Positions 25,161-39,159 of a stretch of 64,000 bases of DNA are shown here, piece by piece. Within the stretch, counting starts at the first letter, position 1. Each line of letters starts with the position of its first letter. Origin of the DNA: Auanema rhodensis (Eukaryota > Animalia > Nematoda); the NCBI GenBank assembly GCA_964057225.1, contig OZ059897.1, positions 2,170,001 to 2,234,000 on the forward strand. Reading direction: 5' to 3'. The notes below the pieces were generated by a model. That model had not been told where the DNA came from. It made no database searches and was given only the letters and a program-made list of their open reading frames with translations. The translations under genes and the position numbers were made by a program.

Positions 25161-28100
25161 CTTTCACCCTGAAGAAATGATTTTTTCGTTGAAAAAACAT
25201 TGTCCATCGTCTTTGCCTTGAAAAAAGGAATCTAAAAACATCTACTTTTTGTGAAATTATTTAGAAATTTTTCGGGAAAATTTTTGTCAAAATGTTTTTG
25301 GAAGCAATGTTGAGTGTACATGGGAACTCAGCATACACTAATGCATTATTTTTCAAACGATAATAACTAATTTTTGTATAGAGCGTTTCTTAATGTAGTA
25401 TAGTGCATTCGATGCGGATTTTTAAGTTGCGTTGATCTGTGTTATCAGATTTGAGTTAGCTTAAAAATGCACCGAGATATCAACTGATATATGTTCACAC
25501 TTATATCCTCGATTTTCACCCTGAAGAATTTATTTTTTCGTTGAATAACATTGTCCATCGTCTTCGCCTTGAAAGAAGGAATCTAAAAACATCTACTTTT
25601 TGTGAAATTATTCAGAAATTTTTCGGGAAAATTTTTGTCAAAATGTTTTTGGAAGCAATGTTGAGTGTACATGGGAACTCAACATACACTAATGCATTAT
25701 TTTTCAAACGATCATAACTATTTTCTGTAAATAGCGTTTCTCAATGTAGTATAGTGCATTCGATGCGGATTTTTAAGCTGCGTTGATCTGTGTTATCAGA
25801 TTTGAGTTAACTTAAAAATGCACCGAGATATCAACTGATATATGTTCACACTTATATCCTCGATTTTCACCCTGAAGAAATGATTTTTTGGTTGAAAAAC
25901 ATTGTCCATCGTCTTCGTCTTGAAAAAAGGAATCTAAAAACATCTACTTTTTGTGAAATTATTTAGAAATTTTTCGGGAAAATTTTTGTCAAAATGTTTT
26001 TGGAAGCAATGTTGAGTGTACATGGGAACTCAACATACACTAATGCATTATTTTTCAAACGATCATAACTATTTTCTGTAAATAGCGTTTCTCAATGTAG
26101 TATAGTGCATTCGATGCGGATTTTTAAGCTGCGTTGATCTGTGTTATCAGATTTGAGTTAACTTAAAAATGCACCGAGATATCAACTGATATATGTTCAC
26201 ACTTATATCCTCGATTTTCACCCTGAAGAAATGATTTTTTGGTTGAAAAACATTGTCCATCGTCTTCGTCTTGAAAAAAGGAATCTAAAAACATCTACTT
26301 TTTGTGAAATTATTTAGAAATTTTTCGGGAAAATTTTTGTCAAAATGTTTTTGGAAGCAATGTTGAGTGTACATGGGAACTCAGCATACACTAATGCATT
26401 ATTTTTCAAACGATAATAACTAATTTTTGTATAGAGCGTTTCTTAATGTAGTATAGTGCATTCGATGCGGATTTTTAAGTTGCGTTGATCTGTGTTATCA
26501 GATTTGAGTTAGCTTAAAAATGCACCGAGATATCAACTGATATATGTTCACACTTATATCCTCGATTTTCACCCTGAAGAATTTATTTTTTCGTTGAATA
26601 ACATTGTCCATCGTCTTCGCCTTGAAAGAAGGAATCTAAAAACATCTACTTTTTGTGAAATTATTTAGAAATTTTTCGGGAAAATTTTTGTCAAAATGTT
26701 TTTGGAAGCAATGTTGAGTGTACATGGGAACTCAACATACACTAATGCATTATTTTTCAAACGATCATAACTATTTTCTGTAAATAGCGTTTCTCAATGT
26801 AGTATAGTGCATTCGATGCGGATTTTTAAGCTGCGTTGATCTGTGTTATCAGATTTGAGTTAACTTAAAAATGCACCGAGATATCAACTGATATATGTTC
26901 ACACTTATATCCTCGATTTTCACCCTGAAGAAATGATTTTTTGGTTGAAAAACATTGTCGATCGTCTTCGTCTTGAAAAAAGGAATCTAAAAACATCTAC
27001 TTTTTGTGAAATTATTTAGAAATTTTTCGGGAAAATTTTTGTCAAAATGTTTTTGGAAGCAATGTTGAGTGTACATGGGAACTCAGCATACACTAATGCA
27101 TTATTTTTCAAACGATAATAACTAATTTTTGTATAGAGCGTTTCTTAATGTAGTATAGTGCATTCGATGCGGATTTTTAAGTTGCGTTGATCTGTGTTAT
27201 CAGATTTGAGTTAGGTTAAAAATGCACCGAGATATCAACTGATATATGTTCACACTTATATCCTCGACTTTCACCCTGAAGAAATGATTTTTTCGTTGAA
27301 AAAACATTGTCCATCGTCTTTGCCTTGAAAAAAGGAATCTAAAAACATCTACTTTTTGTGAAATTATTTAGAAATTTTTCGGGAAAATTTTTGTCAAAAT
27401 GTTTTTGGAAGCAATGTTGAGTGTACATGGGAACTCAGCATACACTAATGCATTATTTTTCAAACGATAATAACTAATTTTTGTATAGAGCGTTTCTTAA
27501 TGTAGTATAGTGCATTCGATGCGGATTTTTAAGTTGCGTTGATCTGTGTTATCAGATTTGAGTTAGCTTAAAAATGCACCGAGATATCAACTGATATATG
27601 TTCACACTTATATCCTCGATTTTCACCCTGAAGAATTTATTTTTTCGTTGAATAACATTGTCCATCGTCTTCGCCTTGAAAGAAGGAATCTAAAAACATC
27701 TACTTTTTGTGAAATTATTCAGAAATTTTTCGGGAAAATTTTTGTCAAAATGTTTTTGGAAGCAATGTTGAGTGTACATGGGAACTCAACATACACTAAT
27801 GCATTATTTTTCAAACGATCATAACTATTTTCTGTAAATAGCGTTTCTCAATGTAGTATAGTGCATTCGATGCGGATTTTTAAGCTGCGTTGATCTGTGT
27901 TATCAGATTTGAGTTAACTTAAAAATGCACCGAGATATCAACTGATATATGTTCACACTTATATCCTCGATTTTCACCCTGAAGAAATGATTTTTTGGTT
28001 GAAAAACATTGTCCATCGTCTTCGTCTTGAAAAAAGGAATCTAAAAACATCTACTTTTTGTGAAATTATTTAGAAATTTTTCGGGAAAATTTTTGTCAAA

Positions 28101-29374
28101 ATGTTTTTGGAAGCAATGTTGAGTGTACATGGGAACTCAACATACACTAATGCATTATTTTTCAAACGATCATAACTATTTTCTGTAAATAGCGTTTCTC
28201 AATGTAGTATAGTGCATTCGATGCGGATTTTTAAGCTGCGTTGATCTGTGTTATCAGATTTGAGTTAACTTAAAAATGCACCGAGATATCAACTGATATA
28301 TGTTCACACTTATATCCTCGATTTTCACCCTGAAGAAATGATTTTTTGGTTGAAAAACATTGTCCATCGTCTTCGTCTTGAAAAAAGGAATCTAAAAACA
28401 TCTACTTTTTGTGAAATTATTTAGAAATTTTTCGGGAAAATTTTTGTCAAAATGTTTTTGGAAGCAATGTTGAGTGTACATGGGAACTCAGCATACACTA
28501 ATGCATTATTTTTCAAACGATAATAACTAATTTTTGTATAGAGCGTTTCTTAATGTAGTATAGTGCATTCGATGCGGATTTTTAAGTTGCGTTGATCTGT
28601 GTTATCAGATTTGAGTTAGCTTAAAAATGCACCGAGATATCAACTGATATATGTTCACACTTATATCCTCGATTTTCACCCTGAAGAATTTATTTTTTCG
28701 TTGAATAACATTGTCCATCGTCTTCGCCTTGAAAGAAGGAATCTAAAAACATCTACTTTTTGTGAAATTATTTAGAAATTTTTCGGGAAAATTTTTGTCA
28801 AAATGTTTTTGGAAGCAATGTTGAGTGTACATGGGAACTCAACATACACTAATGCATTATTTTTCAAACGATCATAACTATTTTCTGTAAATAGCGTTTC
28901 TCAATGTAGTATAGTGCATTCGATGCGGATTTTTAAGCTGCGTTGATCTGTGTTATCAGATTTGAGTTAACTTAAAAATGCACCGAGATATCAACTGATA
29001 TATGTTCACACTTATATCCTCGATTTTCACCCTGAAGAAATGATTTTTTGGTTGAAAAACATTGTCGATCGTCTTCGTCTTGAGAAAAGGAATCTAAAAA
29101 CATCTACTTTTTGTGAAATTATTTAGAAATTTTTCGGGAAAATTTTTGTCAAAATGTTTTTGGAAGCAATGTTGAGTGTACATGGGAACTCAGCATACAC
29201 TAATGCATTATTTTTCAAACGATAATAACTAATTTTTGTATAGAGCGTTTCTTAATGTAGTATAGTGCATTCGATGCGGATTTTTAAGTTGCGTTGATCT
29301 GTGTTATCAGATTTGAGTTAGGTTAAAAATGCACCGAGATATCAACTGATATATGTTCACACTTATATCCTCGA
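23055..29374. repeat. Tandem 6-mer higher-order repeat (2107-bp unit, 3 copies)
   Basis: ATTGTCGATC occurs at 24853, 26960 and 29067, and CTCGACTTTC at 25161 and 27268, all with 2107-bp spacing. Confidence 0.9.
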
Positions 29375-32300
29375 TTTTCACCCTGAAGAATTTATTTTTT
29401 CGTTGAATAACATTGTCCATCGTCTTCGCCTTGAAAGAAGGAATCTAAAAACATCTACTTTTTGTGAAATTATTCAGAAATTTTTCGGGAAAATTTTTGT
29501 CAAAATGTTTTTGGAAGCAATGTTGAGTGTACATGGGAACTCAACATACACTAATGCATTATTTTTCAAACGATCATAACTATTTTCTGTAAATAGCGTT
29601 TCTCAATGTAGTATAGTGCATTCGATGCGGATTTTTAAGCTGCGTTGATCTGTGTTATCAGATTTGAGTTAACTTAAAAATGCACCGAGATATCAACTGA
29701 TATATGTTCACACTTATATCCTCGATTTTCACCCTGAAGAAATGATTTTTTGGTTGAAAAACATTGTCCATCGTCTTCGTCTTGAAAAAAGGAATCTAAA
29801 AACATCTACTTTTTGTGAAATTATTTAGAAATTTTTCGGGAAAATTTTTGTCAAAATGTTTTTGGAAGCAATGTTGAGTGTACATGGGAACTCAGCATAC
29901 ACTAATGCATTATTTTTCAAACGATAATAACTAATTTTTGTATAGAGCGTTTCTTAATGTAGTATAGTGCATTCGATGCGGATTTTTAAGTTGCGTTGAT
30001 CTGTGTTATCAGATTTGAGTTAGCTTAAAAATGCACCGAGATATCAACTGATATATGTTCACACTTATATCCTCGATTTTCACCCTGAAGAAATGATTTT
30101 TTCGTTGAATAACATTGTCCATCATCTTCGTCTTGAAAAAAGGAATCTAAAAACATCTACTTTTTGTGAAATTATTTAGAAATTTTTCGGGAAAATTTTT
30201 GTCAAAATGTTTTTGGAAGCAATGTTGAGTGTACATGGGAACTCAACATACACTAATGCATTATTTTTCAAACGATCATAACTAAATTTTGTAAATAGCG
30301 TTTCTCAAGGTAGTATAGTGCATTCGATGCGGATTTTTAAGCTGCGTCGATCTGTGTTATCAGATTTGAGCTAGCTTAAAAATGCACCGAGATATCAACT
30401 GATATATGTTCACACTTATATCCTCGATTTTCACCCAGAAGAAATGATTTTTTGGTTGAAAAACATTGTCCATCGTCTTCGTCTTGAAAAAAGGAATCTA
30501 AAAACATCTACTTTTTGTGAAATTATTTGGAAATTTTTCGGGAAAATTTTTGTCAAAATGTTTTTGGAAGCAATGTTGAGTGTACATGGGAACTCAACAT
30601 ACACTAATGCATTATTTTTCAAACGATCATAACTAATTTTTGTATAAAGCGTTTCTTAATGTAGTATAGTGCATTCGATGCGGATTTTTAAGCTGCGTCG
30701 ATCTGTGTTATCAGATTTGAGTTAGCTTAAAAATGCACCGAGATATCAACTGATATATGTTCACACTTATATCCTCGATTTTCACCCTGAAGAAATGATT
30801 TTTTCGTTGAAAAAACATTGTCCATCGTCTTTGCCTTGAAAAAAGGAATCTAAAAACATCTACTTTTTGTGAAATTATTTAGAAATTTTTCGGGAAAATT
30901 TTTGTCAAAATGTTTTTGGAAGCAATGTTGAGTGTACATGGGAACTCAACATACACTAATGCATTATTTTTCAAACGATCATAACTTATTTTTGTATAGA
31001 GCGTTTCTCAATGTAGTATAGTGCATTCGATGCGGATTTTTAAGCTGCCTCGATCTGTGTTATCCGATTTGAGCTAGCTTGAAAATGTACCGAGATATCA
31101 ACTGATATATGTTCACACTTATATCCTCGATTTTCACCCTGAAGAAATGATTTTTTGGTTGAAAAACATTGTCCATCGTCTTCGTCTTGAAAAAAGGAAT
31201 CTAAAAACATCTACTTTTTGTGAAATTATTTAGAAATTTTTCGGGAAAATTTTTGTCAAAATGTTTTTGGAAGCAATGTTGGGTGTACATGGGAACTCAA
31301 CATACACTAATGCATTATTTTTCAAACGATCATAACTAATTTTTGTATAAAGCGTTTCTTAATGTAGTATAGTGCATTCGATGCGGATTTTTAAGCTGCG
31401 TCGATCTGTGTTATCAGATTTGAGTTAGCTTAAAAATGCACCGAGATATCAACTGATATATGTTCACACTTATATCCTCGATTTTCACCCTGAAGAAATG
31501 ATTTTTTCGTTGAAAAAACATTGTCCATCGTCTTTGCCTTGAAAAAAGGAATCTGAAAACATCTACTTTTTGTGAAATTATTTAGAAATTTTTCGGGAAA
31601 ATTTTTGTCAAAATGTTTTTGGAAGCAATGTTGAGTGTACATGGGAACTCAACATACACTAATGCATTATTTTTCAAACGATCATAACTTATTTTTGTAT
31701 AGAGCGTTTCTCAATGTAGTATAGTGCATTCGATGCGGATTTTTAAGCTGCCTCGATCTGTGTTATCCGATTTGAGCTAGCTTGAAAATGTACCGAGATA
31801 TCAACTGATATATGTTCACACTTATATCCTCGATTTTCACCCTGAAGAAATGATTTTTTGGTTGAAAAACATTGTCCATCGTCTTCGTCTTGAAAAAAGG
31901 AATCTAAAAACATCTACTTTTTGTGAAATTATTTAGAAATTTTTCGGGAAAATTTTTGTCAAAATGTTTTTGGAAGCAATGTTGGGTGTACATGGGAACT
32001 CAACATACACTAATGCATTATTTTTCAAACGATCATAACTAATTTTTGTATAAAGCGTTTCTTAATGTAGTATAGTGCATTCGATGCGGATTTTTAAGCT
32101 GCGTCGATCTGTGTTATCAGATTTGAGTTAGCTTAAAAATGCACCGAGATATCAACTGATATATGTTCACACTTATATCCTCGATTTTCACCCTGAAGAA
32201 ATGATTTTTTCGTTGAAAAAACATTGTCCATCGTCTTTGCCTTGAAAAAAGGAATCTGAAAACATCTACTTTTTGTGAAATTATTTAGAAATTTTTCGGG

Positions 32301-35300
32301 AAAATTTTTGTCAAAATGTTTTTGGAAGCAATGTTGAGTGTACATGGGAACTCAACATACACTAATGCATTATTTTTCAAACGATCATAACTAATTTTTG
32401 TAAATAGCGTTTCTCGATGTAGTATAGTGCATTCGATGCGGATTTTTAAGCTGCGTTGATCTGTGTTATCAGATTTGAGTTAACTTAAAAATGCACCGAG
32501 ATATCAACTGATATAGGTTCACACTTATATCCTCGATTTTCACCCTGAAGAAATGATTTTTTCGTTGAAAAACATTGTCCATCGTCTTTGTCATGAAAAA
32601 AGGAATCTAAAAACATCTACTTTTTGTGAAATTATTCAGAAAATTTTCGGGAAAATTTTTGTCAAAATGTTTTTGGAAGCAATGTTGAGTGTACATGGGA
32701 ACTCAACATACACTAATGCATTATTTTTCAAACGATCATAACTTATTTTTGTATAGAGCGTTTCTCAATGTAGTATAGTGCATTCGATGCGGATTTTTAA
32801 GCTGCGTCGATCTGTGTTATCAGATTTGAGTTAGCTTAAAAATGCACCGAGATATCAACTGATATATGTTCACACTTATATCCTCGATTTTCACCCTGAA
32901 GAAATGATTTTTTCGTTGAATAACATTGTCCATCGTCTTCGTCTTGAAAAAAGGAATCTAAAAACATCTACTTTTTGTGAAATTATTTAGAAATTTTTCG
33001 GGAAAATTTTTGTCAAAATGTTTTTGGAAGCAATGTTGAGTGTACATGGGAACTCAACATACACTAATGCATTATTTTTCAAACGATCATAACTAATTTT
33101 TGTAAATAGCGTTTCTCAAGGTAGTATAGTGCATTCGATGTGGATTTTTAAGCTGCGTCGATCTGTGTTATCAGATTTGAGTTAGCTTAAAAATGCACCG
33201 AGATATCAACTGATATATGTTCACACTTATATCCTCGATTTTCAAACTGAAGAATTGATTTTTTTGTTGAATAACATTGTTCATCGTCTTCGTCTTGAAA
33301 AAAGGAATCTAAAAACATCTACTTTTTGTGAAATTATCTAGAAATTTTTCGGGAAAATTTTTGTCAAAATGTTTTTGGACGCAATGTTGAGTGTACATGG
33401 GAACTCAACATACACTAATGCATTATTTTTCAAACGATCATAACTATTTTCTGTAAATAGCGTTTCTCAATGTAGTATAGTGCATTCGATGCGGATTTTT
33501 AAGCTGCGTTGATCTGTGTTATCAGATTTGAGTTAACTTAAAAATGCACCGAGATATCAACTGATATATGTTCACACTTATATCCTCGATTTTCAAACTG
33601 AAGAATTGATTTTTTTGTTGAATAACATTGTCCATCGTCTTCGTCTTCAAAAAAGGAATCTAAAAACATCTACTTTTTGTGAAATTATCTAGAAATTTTT
33701 CGGGAAAATTTTTGTCAAAATGTTTTTGGAAGCAATGTTGAGTGTACATGGGAACTCAACATACACTAATGCATTATTTTTCAAACGATCATAACTATTT
33801 TCTTTAAATAGCGTTTCTCAATGTAGTATAGTGCATTCGATGCGGATTTTTAAGCTGCGTTGATCTGTGTTATCAGATTTGAGTTAACTTAAAAATGCAC
33901 CGAGATATCAACTGATATATGTTCACACTTATATCCTCGATTTTCACCCTGAAGAAATGATTTTTTGGTTGAAAAACATTGTCCATCGTCTTCGTCTTGA
34001 AAAAAGGAATCTAAAAACATCTACTTTTTGTGAAATTATTTAGAAATTTTTCGGGAAAATTTTTGTCAAAATGTTTTTGGAAGCAATGTTGAGTGTACAT
34101 GGGAACTCAGCATACACTAATGCATTATTTTTCAAACGATAATAACTAATTTTTGTATAGAGCGTTTCTTAATGTAGTATAGTGCATTCGATGCGGATTT
34201 TTAAGTTGCGTTGATCTGTGTTATCAGATTTGAGTTAGCTTAAAAATGCACCGAGATATCAACTGATATATGTTCACACTTATATCCTCGATTTTCACCC
34301 TGAAGAAATGATTTTTTCGTTGAATAACATTGTCCATCATCTTCGTCTTGAAAAAAGGAATCTAAAAACATCTACTTTTTGTGAAATTATTTAGAAATTT
34401 TTCGGGAAAATTTTTGTCAAAATGTTTTTGGAAGCAATGTTGGGTGTACATGGGAACTCAACATACACTAATGCATTATTTTTCAAACGATCATAACTTA
34501 TTTTTGTATAGAGCGTTTCTCAATGTAGTATAGTGCATTCGATGCGGATTTTTAAGCTGCCTCGATCTGTGTTATCCGATTTGAGCTAGCTTGAAAATGT
34601 ACCGAGATATCAACTGATATATGTTCACACTTATATCCTCGATTTTCACCCTGAAGAAATGATTTTTTGGTTGAAAAACATTGTCCATCGTCTTCGTCTT
34701 GAAAAAAGGAATCTAAAAACATCTACTTTTTGTGAAATTATTTAGAAATTTTTCGGGAAAATTTTTGTCAAAATGTTTTTGGAAGCAATGTTGGGTGTAC
34801 ATGGGAACTCAACATACACTAATGCATTATTTTTCAAACGATCATAACTAATTTTTGTATAAAGCGTTTCTCAATGTAGTATAGTGCATTCGATGCGGAT
34901 TTTTAAGCTGCGTCGATCTGTGTTATCAGATTTGAGTTAGCTTAAAAATGCACCGAGATATCAACTGATATATGTTCACACTTATATCCTCGATTTTCAC
35001 CCTGAAGAAATGATTTTTTCGTTGAAAAAACATTGTCCATCGTCTTTGCCTTGAAAAAAGGAATCTAAAAACATCTACTTTTTGTGAAATTATTCAGAAA
35101 TTTTTCGGGAAAATTTTTGTCAAAATGTTTTTGGAAGCAATGTTGAGTGTACATGGGAACTCAGCATACACTAATGCATTATTTTTCAAACGATCATAAC
35201 TAATTTTTGTAAATAGCGTTTCTCGATGTAGTATAGTGCATTCGATGCGGATTTTTAAGTTGCGTTGATCTGTGTTATCAGATTTGAGTTAACTTAAAAA

Positions 35301-37495
35301 TGCACCGAGATATCAACTGATATATGTTCACACTTATATCCTCGATTTTCACCCTGAAGAAATGATTTTTTCGTTGAAAAACATTGTCCATCGTCTTTGT
35401 CATGAAAAAAGGAATCTAAAAACATCTACTTTTTGTGAAATTATTTAGAAATTTTTCGGGAAAATTTTTGTCAAAATGTTTTTGGAAGCAATGTTGAGTG
35501 TACATGGGAACTCAACATACACTAATGCATTATTTTTCAAACGATCATAACTATTTTCTGTAAATAGCGTTTCTCAATGTAGTATAGTGCATTCGATGCG
35601 GATTTTTAAGCTGCGTTGATCTGTGTTATCAGATTTAAGTTAACTTAAAAAGGCACCGAGATATCAACTGATATATGTTCACACTTATATCCTCGATTTT
35701 CACCCTGAAGAAATGATTTTTTCGTTGAAAAAACATTGTCCATCGTCTTTGCCTTGAAAAAAGGAATCTAAAAACATCTACTTTTTGTGAAATTATTTAG
35801 AAATTTTTCGGGAAAATTTTTGTCAAAATGTTTTTGGAAGCAATGTTGAGTGTACATGGAAACTCAGCATACACTAATGCATTATTTTTCAAACGATAAT
35901 AACTAATTTTTGTATAGAGCGTTTCTTAATGTAGTATAGTGCATTCGATGCGGATTTTTAAGTTGCGTTGATCTGTGTTATCAGATTTGAGTTAGCTTAA
36001 AAATGCACCGAGATATCAACTGATATATGTTCACACTTATATCCTCGATTTTCACCCTGAAGAATTTATTTTTTCGTTGAATAACATTGTCCATCGTCTT
36101 CGCCTTGAAAGAAGGAATCTAAAAACATCTACTTTTTGTGAAATTATTCAGAAATTTTTCGGGAAAATTTTTGTCAAAATGTTTTTGGAAGCAATGTTGA
36201 GTGTACATGGGAACTCAACATACACTAATGCATTATTTTTCAAACGATCATAACTATTTTCTGTAAATAGCGTTTCTCAATGTAGTATAGTGCATTCGAT
36301 GCGGATTTTTAAGCTGCGTTGATCTGTGTTATCAGATTTGAGTTAACTTAAAAATGCACCGAGATATCAACTGATATATGTTCACACTTATATCCTCGAT
36401 TTTCACCCTGAAGAAATGATTTTTTGGTTGAAAAACATTGTCCATCGTCTTCGTCTTGAAAAAAGGAATCTAAAAACATCTACTTTTTGTGAAATTATTT
36501 AGAAATTTTTCGGGAAAATTTTTGTCAAAATGTTTTTGGAAGCAATGTTGAGTGTACATGGGAACTCAACATACACTAATGCATTATTTTTCAAACGATC
36601 ATAACTATTTTCTGTAAATAGCGTTTCTCAATGTAGTATAGTGCATTCGATGCGGATTTTTAAGCTGCGTTGATCTGTGTTATCAGATTTGAGTTAACTT
36701 AAAAATGCACCGAGATATCAACTGATATATGTTCACACTTATATCCTCGATTTTCACCCTGAAGAAATGATTTTTTGGTTGAAAAACATTGTCCATCGTC
36801 TTCGTCTTGAAAAAAGGAATCTAAAAACATCTACTTTTTGTGAAATTATTTAGAAATTTTTCGGGAAAATTTTTGTCAAAATGTTTTTGGAAGCAATGTT
36901 GAGTGTACATGGGAACTCAGCATACACTAATGCATTATTTTTCAAACGATAATAACTAATTTTTGTATAGAGCGTTTCTTAATGTAGTATAGTGCATTCG
37001 ATGCGGATTTTTAAGTTGCGTTGATCTGTGTTATCAGATTTGAGTTAGCTTAAAAATGCACCGAGATATCAACTGATATATGTTCACACTTATATCCTCG
37101 ATTTTCACCCTGAAGAATTTATTTTTTCGTTGAATAACATTGTCCATCGTCTTCGCCTTGAAAGAAGGAATCTAAAAACATCTACTTTTTGTGAAATTAT
37201 TTAGAAATTTTTCGGGAAAATTTTTGTCAAAATGTTTTTGGAAGCAATGTTGAGTGTACATGGGAACTCAACATACACTAATGCATTATTTTTCAAACGA
37301 TCATAACTATTTTCTGTAAATAGCGTTTCTCAATGTAGTATAGTGCATTCGATGCGGATTTTTAAGCTGCGTTGATCTGTGTTATCAGATTTGAGTTAAC
37401 TTAAAAATGCACCGAGATATCAACTGATATATGTTCACACTTATATCCTCGATTTTCACCCTGAAGAAATGATTTTTTGGTTGAAAAACATTGTC
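28975..37495. repeat. Copy B of the ~9-kb dispersed block duplication
   Basis: The same private SNPs as copy A occur at 30437, 33380 and 33648. It lacks the extra 702-bp dimer found in copy A. Confidence 0.9.
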
Positions 37496-39159
37496 CATCG
37501 TCTTCGTCTTGAAAAAAGGAATCTAAAAACATCTACTTTTTGTGAAATTATTTAGAAATTTTTCGGGAAAATTTTTGTCAAAATGTTTTTGGAAGCAATG
37601 TTGAGTGTACATGGGAACTCAGCATACACTAATGCATTATTTTTCAAACGATAATAACTAATTTTTGTATAGAGCGTTTCTTAATGTAGTATAGTGCATT
37701 CGATGCGGATTTTTAAGTTGCGTTGATCTGTGTTATCAGATTTGAGTTAGCTTAAAAATGCACCGAGATATCAACTGATATATGTTCACACTTATATCCT
37801 CGATTTTCACCCTGAAGAAATGATTTTTTCGTTGAATAACATTGTCCATCATCTTCGTCTTGAAAAAAGGAATCTAAAAACATCTACTTTTTGTGAAATT
37901 ATTTAGAAATTTTTCGGGAAAATTTTTGTCAAAATGTTTTTGGAAGCAATGTTGAGTGTACATGGGAACTCAACATACACTAATGCATTATTTTTCAAAC
38001 GATAATAACTAATTTTTGTATAGAGCGTTTCTTAATGTAGTATAGTGCATTCGATGCGGATTTTTAAGTTGCGTTGATCTGTGTTATCAGATTTGAGTTA
38101 GCTTAAAAATGCACCGAGATATCAACTGATATATGTTCACACTTATATCCTCGATTTTCACCCTGAAGAAATGATTTTTTGGTTGAAAAACATTGTCCAT
38201 CGTCTTCGTCTTGAAAAAAGGAATCTAAAAACATCTACTTTTTGTGAAATTATTTAGAAATTTTTCGGGAAAATTTTTGTCAAAATGTTTTTGGAAGCAA
38301 TGTTGAGTGTACATGGGAACTCAGCATACACTAATGCATTATTTTTCAAACGATCATAACTAATTTTTGTATAAAGCGTTTCTTAATGTAGTATAGTGCA
38401 TTCGATGCGGATTTTTAAGCTGCGTCGATCTGTGTTATCAGATTTGAGTTAGCTTAAAAATGCACCGAGATATCAATTGATATATGTTCACACTTATATC
38501 CTCGATTTTCACCCTGAAGAAATGATTTTTTCGTTGAAAAAACATTGTCCATCGTCTTTCCCTTGAAAAAAGGAATCTAAAAACATCTACTTTTTGTGAA
38601 ATTATTTAGAAATTTTTCGGGAAAATTTTTGTCAAAATGTTTTTGGAAGCAATGTTGAGTGTACATGGGAACTCAACATACACTAATGCATTATTTTTCA
38701 AACGATCATAACTTATTTTTGTATAGAGCGTTTCTCAATGTAGTATAGTGCATTCGATGCGGATTTTTAAGCTGCCTCGATCTGTGTTATCCGATTTGAG
38801 CTAGCTTGAAAATGTACCGAGATATCAACTGATATATGTTCACACTTATATCCTCGATTTTCACCCTGAAGAAATGATTTTTTGGTTGAAAAACATTGTC
38901 CATCGTCTTCGTCTTGAAAAAAGGAATCTAAAAACATCTACTTTTTGTGAAATTATTTAGAAATTTTTCGGGAAAATTTTTGTCAAAATGTTTTTGGAAG
39001 CAATGTTGGGTGTACATGGGAACTCAACATACACTAATGCATTATTTTTCAAACGATCATAACTAATTTTTGTATAAAGCGTTTCTTAATGTAGTATAGT
39101 GCATTCGATGCGGATTTTTAAGCTGCGTCGATCTGTGTTATCAGATTTGAGTTAACTTA

